Source of the DNA: Octopus sinensis
Lineage: Eukaryota
DNA: 64,000 bases
Assembly: GCF_006345805.1 (NCBI RefSeq)
Contig: NC_042997.1
Location: 97,092,001-97,156,000, forward strand
Reading direction: 5' to 3'
Position 1 is the first letter of the stretch, and each line of letters starts with the position of its first letter. Of the stretch, positions 12,493-25,920 are shown one piece after another. Under the pieces are notes generated by a model. The model searched no databases. It saw nothing but the letters and a program-made list of their open reading frames with translations, and was not told the DNA's origin. The position numbers were made by a program, and so were the translations under genes.

Positions 12493-13815
12493 ATTCATTC
12501 ATTCGTTCGGTTCTCATGGTGCCTTTTGGCATTTGATGCGACACCAAGATCATTCCACCTCCTAACACTGAAAGCGTCCTTGACACCTTGTTCCATTGTT
12601 AACCCTCTGATTTTAAGACCTTCTGTTACTGTTCTCCGCCACGTTTCCTATGGTCGGTTACGTCTTCTTTTACCTTGTGGAATCCATTGCAAATTAACCC
12701 TAACAATTGTTTTCGGTTTATAGCGGCAAACTCGACACAGCCATTTCCATCTCCTTGCTTTAATAGTTATTCTTATTGGTTTCACGTTAGTCTTGGTATG
12801 TAGTTGGCTATTCGAAATCATATTCGACCAATAGATCTTCAAAAGTTTTCGTAAACATTTAATTTGAAACGCCTCCAATTTCTTTTCACTATTTTTGGTT
12901 GCTTTCCAACATTCAAATCCATAGAGGAGAATTCTAAGCATGTTGTTTTGTACAATAGAATCGTATTTTGGTGTTTTTGCTTTTTATTTATGATTTCTAT
13001 ATTGAGTTTAACATACCGTATGGTTGGTTGGCTTTGCTGATTCTTGTATTCATTTCATGAATGCAGTCTCCATCCATTGTCATTTTGGTGCCTAGAGTTA
13101 CATTCGTCAACATTTGCAATTGGTTTGTCGTTCAAAGTCACATAGTCAGCATCTGTTATATTTTTACAGAGTGTACGTTTTCTTCTCGTTCATTTTGAGA
13201 CCTATAGTGTTGGCTGTTTGTCTAAGTCTTTCCGATTTCTCCTGTAACTCTTGAAGCGTGTATGAGAACAAACAAATGTCGTCTGCATAATCTAAATCTT
13301 CTAGTTGTGTTGTGTTCTATTCTATACCCCGTTTATATTTTTCTGTCGTTCTTTGCATCAACCAATTCACTGCCAATGAAAATAAGATTGGCGATGACAC
13401 GCATCTTTCTTCGACTCCGGTTTTGATTTCGAACGGATCTGTCAATTTGTTGTTGCTTAAAGCAGAGATCAAAATATTACCAATTACTTTCCAAAAAATT
13501 TTACAAAATATCTAGATCAATGAGGAAATACCGAAAAAAAAGGATTCCTTGTGAAATTACCAAAGAACGACGATGCATCAAATTGTAATAATTGGAGAGG
13601 AATCACTGTATTATCAATCACCAGTAAAATATTCACCCATGTCATATTACAGCGCATCAAAACAGCAATAGACCAATTACTTTGCCAAGAGCAAGCTGGA
13701 TTCAGGAAAGGAAAATCATATATCGGCTATATTTTTGTAATTCGCCAAATACTCGAACAATTCAATGAATGGAACTCATCTTTGTGCATGCTGTTTGTTG
13801 ACTTTGAAAAGCTTT
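12493..13815 (-). mobile_element. RTE-type LINE, 5'-truncated with an inverted 5' segment
   Basis: Minus strand 12493-13515 carries RT C-terminus (LEDLDYADDICL, LLYGFECW..KLEAFQIKCLRK) and a (GAAT)n tail. Plus strand 13527-13812 carries the upstream RT part (NWRGITVLS..QEQAGFRKG..FVDFEK). Confidence 0.9.
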
Positions 13816-13889
13816 CGTTAGCCTTCTATTCTAGTTGAACACTAGGATCGGTGTGATCGACTAGACACCTCTCCAGAAGTTTATCCCTT

Positions 13890-14990
13890 CTACTCTAAGT
13901 AGAAAGAAAACAAAGTGTAGCAGGACGTGTGACTTCATACTCACTGCTGAAGCACTGTCCGTGCAGGTAATGTGCATTGGCTCGGAAAAAGTAGTAATCT
14001 GATGTTGCAGCAAGGTCAGAACTGTAGGTAGGGTGAAGGAACACTTCCAGCCCCTCAGGTTCCTCGAGTTTGTGCTTGGTTACATTGGCAATGTATGCTG
14101 AAGCATTGTCATGCTGTAGGAGTGCGTGTCTTCGGTTGACCGATGCCAGGTAGTATGCTTTCAAAGCATCATATATTCGTTGCAGCTGCTGAATATAGAG
14201 GTTGGCACTCATAGCATGACCATCTGGGACAAGCTCAAAGTGCAACATCCTTTCGAAATTCCACCAGACACAGAATATTACCTTCTGTTCAAACCGCCCT
14301 TATTTGACAACAGGTTATGAAAGCTAGCCGTTGCGAAGCCACTAATTTCTCTTAAGATTACGAAATAGATCTATTCTTCATCTCCAGGTGCAATCCGATA
14401 CCAGAAACGGGCATCTCGATGTTATGCTAGCAGTTGTTTGTGATAGTTCACACATCGTTGAGCCTGGTAATTGGTCAGTCCATGAGTAAATTCTAGGCAA
14501 GCTGAGCTTTTGAAGGTGACAATTGAAAGTGTTTTGTGAAGGACCTAGTTCTGCCGGCAATGTATGCTTAGATTTTGTTCAGTCCTTTAAAGTAAAGCCT
14601 CGTCTTCCACATCAGAAGATTTCCTTCTTCGATGCTGATGTCACTTTCCTTCAAACGTCTGAACCAGTGTTGTGCCACACTTTCGTTGATAGTTCCTGGG
14701 CCTTCCACATCATTAATTTCTTTTGCCGTTGCCATTGCACTCAGCCCCCTTTTCTACAGATAGCGTAAAAAGGCTCTAATCGTAATGTTTTTACCACTCA
14801 TTATCAAAGCCGTAACATAACGAATAAAAAATTAATGTTTTTTGCTTTGTTTTGTATTGTTCTTTATGCTATATATGAAAATGAAGAATAAACAATTCAG
14901 TAACGATAAATAAATAATATAACATGGAGATACAAGTTGTCAAAAATCCTCAATGAAAATTCAAAAAGGCTTTTGACTCAACCTGTTGTA
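13890..14990 (-). mobile_element. Mariner transposon relic (DDD transposase)
   Basis: LLQHDNA..HPTYSSDLAATSDYYFF motif in ORF 13895-14248; degenerate N-terminus to ~14770; TIR-like end near 14980. Confidence 0.9.
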
Positions 14991-15082
14991 TACATGTACA
15001 CACACACACATTTATGCATCAATACATACGCGCATAAATACATACGTACATAAATACATACGTACATAAATAAATACATACG

Positions 15083-15155
<73 letters not shown>

Positions 15156-15189
15156 TATATATATATACATACATAGATGTATATATACA

Positions 15190-15198
15190 CACACACAC

Positions 15199-15286
<88 letters not shown>
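15190..15286. repeat. (GATA)n microsatellite
   Basis: Direct reading; similar arrays at 19035-19122, 25193-25282 and 30306-30396. Confidence 0.95.
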
Positions 15287-15970
15287 GGATGCAGGCATGA
15301 TTGTTTGGCTTCGCAAATGTGAAGCCCCAGATTTGATCATAATTTGTACTACCTTTAGCAGGTTGAGTCTGTGTGTGTCACTGCTCGAAGTTTTTTCGAC
15401 TGGTAGGATATTTTTAGCTTACTGATATATTTACAATGGTCGGTTCTACGATACAAGGCTCATGCTGAAAGCAACTTGACCAGAAATGCCAATTCTTTAT
15501 GTGGCCACATAATAACTATAATAATGTTTTTAAAAGAATAACAGATCCTATGAGAAAAAAAAATCCACCTATAAATTGTTTCTCTGTCAAGTCATTCACT
15601 TGTTTCTTTATCGAGAAGCATTCGTATAAGTGACCTTTTGGTGAACTTATGAATAAACCTGTATGTGAAGACTATTGATGAGCGAAGGGATGTTATTTTT
15701 CGTCTGTAAGAAGATTAAAAACTAAATTATTTAAGGACTTTACGCTCAAGTGGTTTTATTTGTAGGTACAGTTAATGACTGGGGATAAAAAAATCAAGAA
15801 AGAGAATTCGTAATTGATCATGTTCTATTTGGAATCCATATTTGCTATTCAGTATGTGATAGCTTAGTCAGCAGCTTGGTTTTGGGGTGGTTTTATATTC
15901 TATAGTTCATATCTTATATGTTGATCCGACACGGTTCAGATCAGATACAGGTCAACTCCTAACATATATT

Positions 15971-16536
15971 CTTTTCTACTCTAGGTGTAAGGCCCGAAAT
16001 TTTCGGGGAGGGGGCCAGTCGATTAGATCGACCCCAGAACGCAACTGGTACTTAATTTATCGACCCCGAAAGGATGAAAGGCAAAGTCGACCTCGGCGGA
16101 ATTTGAACTCAGAACTTAAAGACAAATGAAATACCTATTTCTTTACTACCCACAAGGGGCTAAACACAGAGGGGACAAACAAGAACAGACAAACGGATTA
16201 AGTCTATTATATCGACCCCAGTGCGTAACTGGTACTTATTTAATCGACCCCGAAAGGATGAAAGGCAAAGTTGAACTCGGCGGAATTTGAACTCAGAACG
16301 TAGCGACGGGTGAAATACCTATTTCTTTACTACCCACAATGGGCTAAACACAGAGGGGACAAAGACAGACAAACGGATTAAGTCGATTATATCGACCCCA
16401 GTGCGTAACTGGTACTTAATTTATCGACCCGAAAGAATGAAAGGCAAAGTCGACCTCGGCGGAATTTGAACTCAGAACGTAACTGCAGACGAAATACGGC
16501 TACACATTTCGCCCGGTGTGCTAACGTTTCTGCCAG
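15971..16536 (-). mobile_element. SINE family B trimer flanked by a 15-bp TSD
   Basis: One head plus three bodies (period ~184 bp); 'ctcctaacatatatt' at 15956-15970 and 16537-16551. Confidence 0.85.
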
Positions 16537-16974
16537 CTCCTAACATATATTGCATGTCTCCATATGATGTGATGGGTTTTTATGCCGACAAACGCACACT
16601 CATACAGGAAGAGAAAGAAGGAGTCACATACATATTTAGACAGACATACAAAAACTGATACACAAAACCTCATCTGCATACACGTGCACGTATGCGTGTG
16701 CATGCATATATACGTGAATTTATATGAGTGTCTCTACATTTGTGTGTGTGTGTGTGTACGGGGTGCTCGGGCTAAATTTAACAATTTGCATAAAAGGAAA
16801 AGAAAACAACGTCCCATCCAAAATTAAAAGTATTTTAAAAAAGTTAAAACATATCAACTAGTCTAAGGCTAAGAGATAACAGTTTATTCAAAGTACCCGT
16901 CCTCAGCTTCCATCATGGCCTAAAGACGGCTCCGGAACCTGGTGCATGCGTTCCTCACTGTTTCCTGAGTAAGA

Positions 16975-17770
16975 TTACATCGACCCCAGTGTTCAACTGG
17001 TACTTATTTTATCTACCCCGAAAGGATGAAAGGCCAAGTTGACCTCGGTTGAATTTGAACTCAGAACGTAAAGACGTAAAATGCCACTAAGCATTTTGCC
17101 CGGCGAGCTAGTGATTCTGCCTGCTCGCCGCCTTAAAGCGTAAGAATATATTGTTGACTCTAATTTCTATGCTAGCAACATAGATTGTTATGCTTCAACC
17201 GTTTGGCATATACGTTAATCTATTTCAGCTGCATTTAATTGTATCTATACACACACACACAGCAAATTAAAAAACATTAAAATTTTAATTTTTTAGCTGA
17301 AACGTGTTTTAATTTAAAATCTAACATTGATTTCTTATTTAGGCAAAAGAATAGGAGTCTGGGGGTTAAATCGTCAGTATCGATCCCCAGAACTTGTCGA
17401 CCAGTAAACTTAGTTGAGCTTGAGAGGATGAAAGTCAAGGCTAACCTCGGCCAGACATGAACTCTGTATATAAAGAGCTGAAATAAATACTGCGAAGCAT
17501 TTTTCTGATGCTCTAACGACTCTGTCACTCTACTGCCCGCACAAAATCTAATATTGGTTTCAAATTTTGGCACAAAGCCAGCAAATTTGGGTGAGGGGAT
17601 AAGTCGATTATATCGATCCAAGTGTTCACTTGGTACTTATTTTATCGACTCCATAAGGATGAAAGGCAAAGTCCACCTCGGTGGTATTTGAACTCAGAAC
17701 GTAAAACCGGGTAAAATGCTTAGCAGCATATTTCCTGGCATACTAAGGATACTGTCGGCTAGCCGCCTTC
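16975..17770 (-). mobile_element. Cluster of three separate SINE family B copies
   Basis: Family B cores at ~16975-17112, 17360-17520 and 17560-17768. Confidence 0.8.
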
Positions 17771-18450
17771 AAAAAATCTAATATTGAAAACACAGCTTGC
17801 CTGCCCCATCATTGCTAACACTTCATCTCTTTCTGTTGAAAAAAAAGTAATAAAACATTTTCTATTCAAAATGCTACTAATCCGATTAAAAATGGTGAGT
17901 TGTAAAACTAGAATTGCAAGAGATTTTGCAGAAAGACAGAAGCATAAATAAGTATATATGATTAATGTATAGAAATATGGAAACTGATCAAAAACAGGTG
18001 TTACAAACACGTTTAAATAATAGCCCAGTCAAAACTTGTTCGATGGACCAGAAGTGGTTTTGGATGGTGTGAAAGTAGAGCAACATTCGAATACTTGCTT
18101 GTGAATACTTACAGTGAAACTTGTTTACTAATACAATGATTTTGTTAACTTCATACCTATGCTATTATGTTAAACTGTCGTATGTCCAAATTTGACCAAA
18201 TACATTTTTTTTTCAGTATTTATTTTTGCTTGCAGTAGCCGGTTCTTATGATCAGACTATCGTATCTCCAGCTGCTACAGGTGTCAAAATATCAAGAATT
18301 GTCAAAATGTAGTACAATGGTTTTGCTACGGAATGGAGAAACTGTTTTTTCGTTTTCTGAAAAACAAAGTTTTGACTTTCGATACTTCTGCATAATAGCA
18401 ACGATATATTTGTTTCTTTATAAACTTTTATTTCATGGTTTCTAACTCAC

Positions 18451-18586
18451 CTATTGCCTGTGTGAGCACGCACGCATACACGTGTCTGTGTATGTGTACA
18501 AGTTTTTTAAACATGCTATTATCTGTTTTAATTTTTTTGTGTTAATGTTGGGTTTGAATACGATTGGTCAGAGCAACAAAGGCGGG
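18451..18586 (-). promoter_or_regulatory. Candidate promoter and non-coding first exon (GC box, CCAAT, splice donor)
   Basis: Minus strand: CCCGCC (18581-18586), CCAAT (18563-18567), then AG|GTGAGT at 18451. Short motifs only. Confidence 0.25.
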
Positions 18587-18825
18587 ACAATTGTATGCAG
18601 GTAGACAAATAAATCAAGAGAAGCAATATCCCAGATTTTGTAGTATTAATAAGTGACCTATAAGATTTTGTTGGTTGGGAAAATCTGTATTATTTAAGTG
18701 TCGGTGTTGTTGTTGCCGTTGCTGTTGTTGTTGTTTTGTTGTTTGTTGGTGGTGGTTGTGGTGGTGATGGTGAATGTGTGCAGCATTGTTGTCAACTGTG
18801 TACGTTGCTATTTTCTACTTGTTTC

Positions 18826-19034
18826 AGTCATTAGACTACAGCCATGCTGGGATACTACCTACCTTGAACAGATCGAGACCACTTCTTATTTTTAAAGTCG
18901 TATGCATAACCTCTCGATATCTTTCGACGAGCCGCTGAGTTACAGGATGTAAATAAACCAACACCGGTTGCCAAACGACGTGGCGAGAGGACAAACAAAG
19001 ACACAAACACAAACAGACAGACAAACAGACTGAC

Positions 19035-19123
<89 letters not shown>

Positions 19124-19280
19124 CGACGGGCTCCAACACAGCTTCTGCTTACGAAATTCACTCAGAAGGCGTTGAGAAAGCACTTCTATATTAGAAAACA
19201 CTTGGCCAAAGTGCAGTACAGAGGGACTGAACTTGAAACCAGGTGGTTGCAAAGCGAGCTTCTTAACTGCACACAAATAG
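18826..19280 (-). mobile_element. SINE family A with internal (GATA)n
   Basis: Family A tail and head flank a GACA/GATA array. Confidence 0.8.
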
Positions 19281-20659
19281 GCCTGTATCTTGTGGCCTGT
19301 TGCCGGATGTTTGTATTTTATGGGTATGCTGTCGAGTGTGTGCACTATAATCGACTATGTGTCGATTGTGAGCTATAAGTAATTGTTTCATCCACCAATA
19401 GCTTCAGGCAGTAGTGCCAACGAACCAGTGACAGAAGAACGTATGCTGTCGATCCAAATGCTAACCAAATTTCCCTTGCGTTGCACTAGCAAAGTTCGTC
19501 CGTCATGTACTGGAATGCTCGCCGTCGGTGAGAAGTACAGCTGGACAATAACTGACAGTTTTCAACCAAAACAAAATTACCCACCTAAGCCCTAACCACC
19601 ACAAAAATATACTGCATCCTGACTCACAAGAGAGGTTAATATGATAGAAATATGAATCAAATCTCCTTCAAATCACTTTTTCTTTGAAAATAGGACACAT
19701 TGAATAAAGTAATTCAAGATACAGTGTCTATGAAAATGTTGAAATGGTCGCGGATAGAACGTATTTAACTATTGATTTGCTTGATCTACCCTAACCCTAT
19801 ACTAAACAATAACTACTGGAATGCAAAAATAAACTGGAGAGTGAGAGTAATACGATATTTCCAGACTGACAGAATACACCTCATACAATATTGAATTAAA
19901 TAAAATCTAAGGGAAACAGTGATGGTCTGCAACAGTAAAAAATAATAATAATTAATACAAATAATAAAATCGGAATATATCTTTTATCGAGGCATAAAAT
20001 TTATTCTATTGCTTGTTATTTTTTCACCTTATACAATAATTCACAGCGTAAGCGATTCACGGTATGGCTTTCTACAAGACACCAAGCGAGATGCGACAAG
20101 CAGGTAATTCAGTACCACCTCAATTATTGCTTAATTGGTGAGTGACAGAATGAAAGAAACGATAAAATACAAGCCTAAATCCCGTGTATTTTATAGTTTT
20201 GTCCTTCTGTTGTCTGAGCCCAAATCCCGATTCGTTGTCTTTACCTCTGCTTTTCATGCAGACAGGGTCGTGGGGAAAATGTCCTATTTATGTACCAAAG
20301 TTGTTTAATCGACAGCTCTTCCCCTTTATTGATACACAACGTATATTACTTAGTCTTGAGCTCTCATCTTCTTGATGTGACATGCCATATGTCACAATAG
20401 GCTGTCACTTTAACATGACGTACGATATGCTTTGAACATATTTCAGGCCTGATAGAGCCCATCACTATCAAGATCTGACCACAGAAGATTTCTTTCAGAG
20501 AGAGACAGAGAGGAATCGACCCAATACAGGTTTATTGATCCCACAAAACGGTGAAAAGCAAGTTTAACCTCAACGAGATTTGAACAGAGAGCGAGAAGGA
20601 TTATTGCAAAGCAAACTGTCCGACACTCTAAAAACTTTGCCAGTTGGCTGGCTACACAA

Positions 20660-20878
20660 TGAATATTGGTTTCAAATTATGGCACAAGGCCAGTAATTTC
20701 ACGTGATTGGGGTTAGTCGGTTACTTCAACCTCAGTGTCAACTGGTACTTATTTTATCGACCACGAAATGATAAAAGATGAAATAGACGCCAACTGCATT
20801 TGAACTCAGAATGTAAAGGTGAACGAAATGCCGCTAAGCATTTTGCCCGATGTGCTGACGATTCTGCCAGCTCGCCGT
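20660..20878 (-). mobile_element. SINE family B (tail 'ccttgtgcc.taatttgaaaccaa')
   Basis: Core and head match; same tail type at 17560, 23500 and 29645. Confidence 0.8.
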
Positions 20879-20903
20879 CTGTTACAGAATGGATATTAAC
20901 ATA

Positions 20904-21276
20904 TCTTCTCTCTATATATAAACGGCAGTTTGTCTGTGTGTGTTTCTGTGTGTCTGTTAGGTTGTACCCTCACCCTGACCACAGCTTTCAACCGATTCTG
21001 ATGAAACTTGACACACACATAGCCCAATGTCATAATTCAAAACTAACGCAGCGAAAATTTTGAAAAGTTCCCCCAGTTCTGAAAAAAATCGATAAATTCG
21101 ACATGGGGTCGAGAATGAGAAACACAAACCACAGACTGTCTAGGGGACGCAACTCGACCTTTTTAACTAAAAAAAATTTACCATCATTTTTTTTCCATTT
21201 TTTGGCTATAACTCTCTAAAAATGCTTTATAGTTATTTCCCTTACAAACCCGAGCAACGCCGGGCGATACTGCTAG
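20904..21276 (+). mobile_element. Complete non-autonomous Helitron
   Basis: 5' TC..TCTATATATAAA, TGTC-rich block, 3' hairpin-like 'cccgagcaacgccggg' and terminal CTAG; inserted between A and T. Confidence 0.85.
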
Positions 21277-21299
21277 TATAGAATATTAGCACAATGTTA

Positions 21300-21556
21300 A
21301 TCTTCCTCCTCCCACTTCCACTTCCAAACTGGCACAAACGCACGGGCGGGCAGCTGAAGATCTGGGCAACGACGATAAAGGAGGACCTCTCCGAACTCTC
21401 AGGTCCGCAGGTGATCGGTCTACGCAGATGGAACCGCGAATGGCTCGCTATCTCCAGTGACCTCGCACAGGACTATCGAGCCATGGTTCGGGATGCCGTC
21501 AAGACCAGAGAAGAAGCCGGCTCAACCCGCCCTGGGTGAACGCCGTCACAAGTAAA
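21300..21556 (+). mobile_element. 3' end of an RTE LINE
   Basis: LPLPNWHKRTGGQLKIWATTIKEDL..LAQD..VRDAV..AGSTRPG*, ending in 'caagta'. Confidence 0.8.
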
Positions 21557-22529
21557 TTAATCTTGCTTTGAAGAAATTTCCCAAACTGAAGGATGGCAAA
21601 AAATTCGAGCATGTAAACGGAAAGTTGCAAACTAAATATAATTAAATATATGCGGCAGTTTTGTAAACTTGTACACAGATTCATTACAAAAATAAAAAGC
21701 AAAAAGACTGATCATTTTGTATTTTTTAGTTTTATTTTTTATTGTTCTGATTTATTTCAGTTTTCACTTTCTATTTCTATGAAGGTGATTTCATTTTCTT
21801 TCTCTTCTTAGAAGTCTGCGTCGCTGCTTTTTTATTGATTTCGTTTATTTAATGTGTCACTTAAATCTCAAGCTAGTAGAAGATTGTCGAAATCAAAATA
21901 GTAAATTTTGTTCTTGGCATTAGTAATTACATAACTGCACACTGATTAATACTCTCCTTTGTTCTCTTCACACTGAATTAACATTGCTGTAGATAACGTA
22001 TTAAACGAATGAGCAAATGTTCTTTGTCTTGTCTTGACTTCTTTTTATGTGTTAACAAGTTAATTCTTAATATAATTGTATATTTTTTTGCTTGTATTTT
22101 TATTTTGAGGCTTGTTTCTTTTCTCGACTTATTTTATTTGTTTATTCATTTTGGAACTTTACTTTTATTTATTGAACGATTATACTATAGATGACTAGCA
22201 CATTCACACTATTTGGGAAGTATTTTTCTTTGTTTTAAAAAATTTCTTTTCTGAAAGACGCTCAAACTTTATTGAATTATTGAAAAGCAATTTAAAATGA
22301 TTTAAAGTTGAAGAAATAAAGATCAAACAGTTTTGCATGATAAATGACATTATCCTAAATTAGTGACTGTAACTCTTTCTTCTTTTTTTCGGAATGAGAC
22401 TATTGGGCGCTGATGATTTGGAACGACTGGCTGGACATAGAACCTATCTTAGCGGCAGTACATTTTGGCACTGGAAGTAAATACATGCACACAAGCAGGG
22501 ATACACTTTCAGAAATATTCACATATAGA

Positions 22530-22740
22530 TAGAGAGGGAGGAGAAGGAGAGGGACAGAGGGGAAAAACAGGAAAAGCGGGAAAAGCGGGAAGATGGGCAG
22601 AGGAGGAGAGAGGGGGATACAGAGAAAGAGAGAGGGAGAAAGAGGGAGAGGGAGAAGGAGAGAGAGGGAGAAGGAGAGAGAGGGAGAAGGAGAGAGAGGG
22701 AGAAGGAGAAGGACAGAGTGAGAGAGAGAGGGAAAGACAT
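22530..22740. repeat. Polypurine (GA-rich) tandem tract
   Basis: Repeats of 'gagagagggagaagga'. Confidence 0.9.
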
Positions 22741-23692
22741 TGCAATTTATATACATTGAGATACGCTCACTCATTTCCATCCTTCTGACTGGTACTGCAT
22801 TAGAATAGCCTACTGAGTACTTCCTCTAATGTTGCTTGCCAACTTCTGCGTTATTCCACATCCACCAGCCTCTGCTGCCCAGCAAATCAATACCCGAACT
22901 CTGATACAGCTCATAACAGCAAATCCTGTAAAGCCCTCGCGCCAAAATGCCTGTGCTAAAACGTCTTTTTTAAAATACTATATTTAGTATACTGGGAGGA
23001 TAGCGAGCTGGCTGAAGCGCCAAGGTATCTAAGCCATAACCTTCCACATCCCCCTTCTCCTTTCTCTTTCGCTCTCCCACCAACACTTTTTATACACATA
23101 AATAGAAATATAGCCATACACATAAACGGGGAAAAAGAGAGACAGAGACAGAGAAACAGAGACAGAGCGACAGAGAGTGAAAGAATAAAAGAAACATTAA
23201 AATAATTGATATTAAATGAGTTAGCGATGAATTAGTGACCCAAATTAGCGGCACAAAAACGGCTGTGCTAAAACATCTATTTTTAAATATTATATTTAGT
23301 ACACTCAGAGGATAGCGAGCTGGCAGAAACGCCAGGTTATCTAAAAAGATGTTGCAAAGCATTTGTGCATTTTCCTGGCTTTTCACATTTTGAGTTCAAA
23401 TCCCGCCGATGTCAACCTTACCTTTCATCCTTTCGGGATCGATAAAATAAAGGACCAATAAATCACTGGATCGACTAACCTCTCCCGTCAAAATTGCTAG
23501 TTTAGTGCCAAAATCAGACCACTATATGTAGCAAGCTGAGAAATTTAGTGAACGTCTTCCTTCTAACTAGCAATGTTGTTTCACTTGAATTCCCCCAAAA
23601 GAACTACTGGCGTTAAACCGCAATCTGGTCGAGTTTTGGCCTATTTTTAACGATCAATAGCAAGAAAAATAATTCCCTATAAACTGTAAGAC

Positions 23693-23990
23693 TGTTGTGT
23701 CTGGGGAGAGTCATTTTCTTCATGTACCTTATAATGTAACACACTCACCGGTAAAATTTCCACTTTTTTCTTATTTTTATTTTCCTAAAATTTTTGTTGC
23801 GTCTTGCAACCTTTTCATTGCAAGACGTAGCGAAAATTTTAGGAAAATAAAAATAAGAAATAAGTGGAAATTTTACCGGTGAGTGTGTTACATTATAAGG
23901 CACAAAAAGTAAATGACTATCCCCAGACACAACAGAATATGCTTCAACACACGAACTCATATAAAGAATCTTGCAAACCAAATCCAAAAA
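23693..23990. mobile_element. Foldback copy of a dispersed repeat (~116-bp arms)
   Basis: 23693-23809 vs 23818-23934 inverted; same family at 55610-55790 (short hairpin) and 63680-63830 (single arm). Confidence 0.85.
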
Positions 23991-24312
23991 CGAAATATAA
24001 GACTGCATTTTCTATATATTGCATGCGTGTTTAGACTAGTGCCATGCCTGGCAAACGAATCCCCACCCCCGAAGAGAACCAATAAGATCGAAATAACGTG
24101 GTCTGATAGTCTCGAACCTTGGATGGTAGGAATTATCTCCCGCTTGCAATAAATAACGGGTGCAAAAACACACTGAATAAACCAGTTAGAGGAGATGTCT
24201 TCCTGGGATTAAAATAGCAGTATCGTCGTCTCTTAGAGGACAGCCACGTCAAAGTAGCGATAAACACTACCTATAAGACTGAACGTTAAAGAAAAATTTT
24301 CGAATAAAAGGC

Positions 24313-24460
24313 GCAAGCATGGCTGTGTAGTTAAGAAACTTGCTATCCGACCATGTGGTCTTGTGTTCAGTCCCACTGCGTGGCGCCTAGGGCTTCTAAT
24401 ATAACCCCGATCAGACCAAATTGATAAACGGAAACTGCAAGAAACCCATCGTATGCATGT
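24313..24460 (+). mobile_element. SINE family A, 5' part
   Basis: Head 'ggcgcaagcatggctgtgtagttaagaa..ttcagtcccactgcg'. Confidence 0.7.
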
Positions 24461-24466
24461 ACTATG

Positions 24467-24530
<64 letters not shown>

Positions 24531-24589
24531 ATAGCAAAGGGTGTCACGAAAGACCTAGTTGGAGGCTCAACCTTCCGAGTTCTTTTACA

Positions 24590-24707
24590 GAGCTTAGAAA
24601 AACTGAAGGACCGCTGCAGGAGAATACGTTGAATAAGATCATAATTAACTAATCCTCCTGTTTTTTCTTTAACCCAAAGCCAGGAACTTTTCAGCACACC
24701 CTCATGA
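24590..24707 (+). mobile_element. Mariner 3' end with TIR
   Basis: Reverse complement of 42604-42730 ('ccaggaacttttcagcacaccctc'). Confidence 0.85.
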
Positions 24708-25191
24708 ATATGTATATGTTACGGTTACTCGGTGTATTGCGTGTTCTTTTCTTTTTTGCATCTGTGATTTTACTTTTGATCTTCTATATAAGTGGAGATA
24801 TATTCTTCATTTTGTTGCCTTTCTTTCTACGAAATGAGAAGATACATTGCAGAACTGTTATTTTAACGAGTTGTATCAATTTATCACCCGATGAGACACA
24901 TCTGCACCACCGGATGCTCCTGAGCCAGTTGTTAAGTGTACCACTCGTGAAGTGTCGAAATTATTGTGATTAATAAAATTCTCGTATATTCCATCTTCCG
25001 TCTTTCATTTACCATATATATATATGTGTGTGTGTGTGTGTGTATACATATATATATATATATATGTATATATGTGTGTATGTATGTATGTATTTATATA
25101 TATATATGTATATATATATGATATATATATGCATACATACATACATATATACATATATATATTTATAAATATGTGTTTCTAAGTATATTTG

Positions 25192-25283
<92 letters not shown>

Positions 25284-25920
25284 AATTTATATCTTTATGA
25301 GGTCTAAAACCGCAAACATTACGTAAATTTTCACTTCGATCTTTTGCGTAAATTGGCATTGCAAGCAGAGTTGGCACGGAAACAATTGTAACGTATTATT
25401 AAAGATGTGCTAAAGAATTTCTTTGTCTTCTTAGAGTTTGGATTGTGGGGGGGGGGGGCATGTGTGTGTGTGTATGGGTGTGTGCGTGTGCGTATTTGTG
25501 TGTCTGTGCGTGTATGTATACGTGTATCTTTGCCATTTGTCTGTACAAATATGTCCATACTCTTCGGAGAATATTTATCTGCATACATGAATTGTTAGTT
25601 AAATACCCATAATTATATTAACGACTTCAGTAAACATACTTGATTAGCCTACATTCGAAATTTTACTTTCCTTTAGTACTCATAAGAACACCTACAATTA
25701 TGTATGTATGTACGTATGTATGTATGTATGTATTATGTGTGTATGTATGTACGTATGTATGTATGTATGTATGTATGTATGTATGTATGTATGTATGTAT
25801 GTATGTATGTATGCATGCGTATACACACACGCACACATACATACATACATACATACATACATACATACATACATACATACATACATACATACATACATAC
25901 ATACATAGTTGTTAGCGCAA

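Noticed and set aside
15971-16536. CRISPR-like regularly spaced repeats (also 52320-53161)
   Set aside because: Units are ~184-bp SINE bodies without unique spacers; eukaryotic context; no cas genes.
18236-18281. Plus-strand mini-exon AGSYDQTIVSPAAT (WD40-like)
   Set aside because: Weak donor, no Trp and no partner exons.
24065-24110. CCGAAGA..GAAA..GGTC hammerhead-like string
   Set aside because: Stems I and III do not pair.
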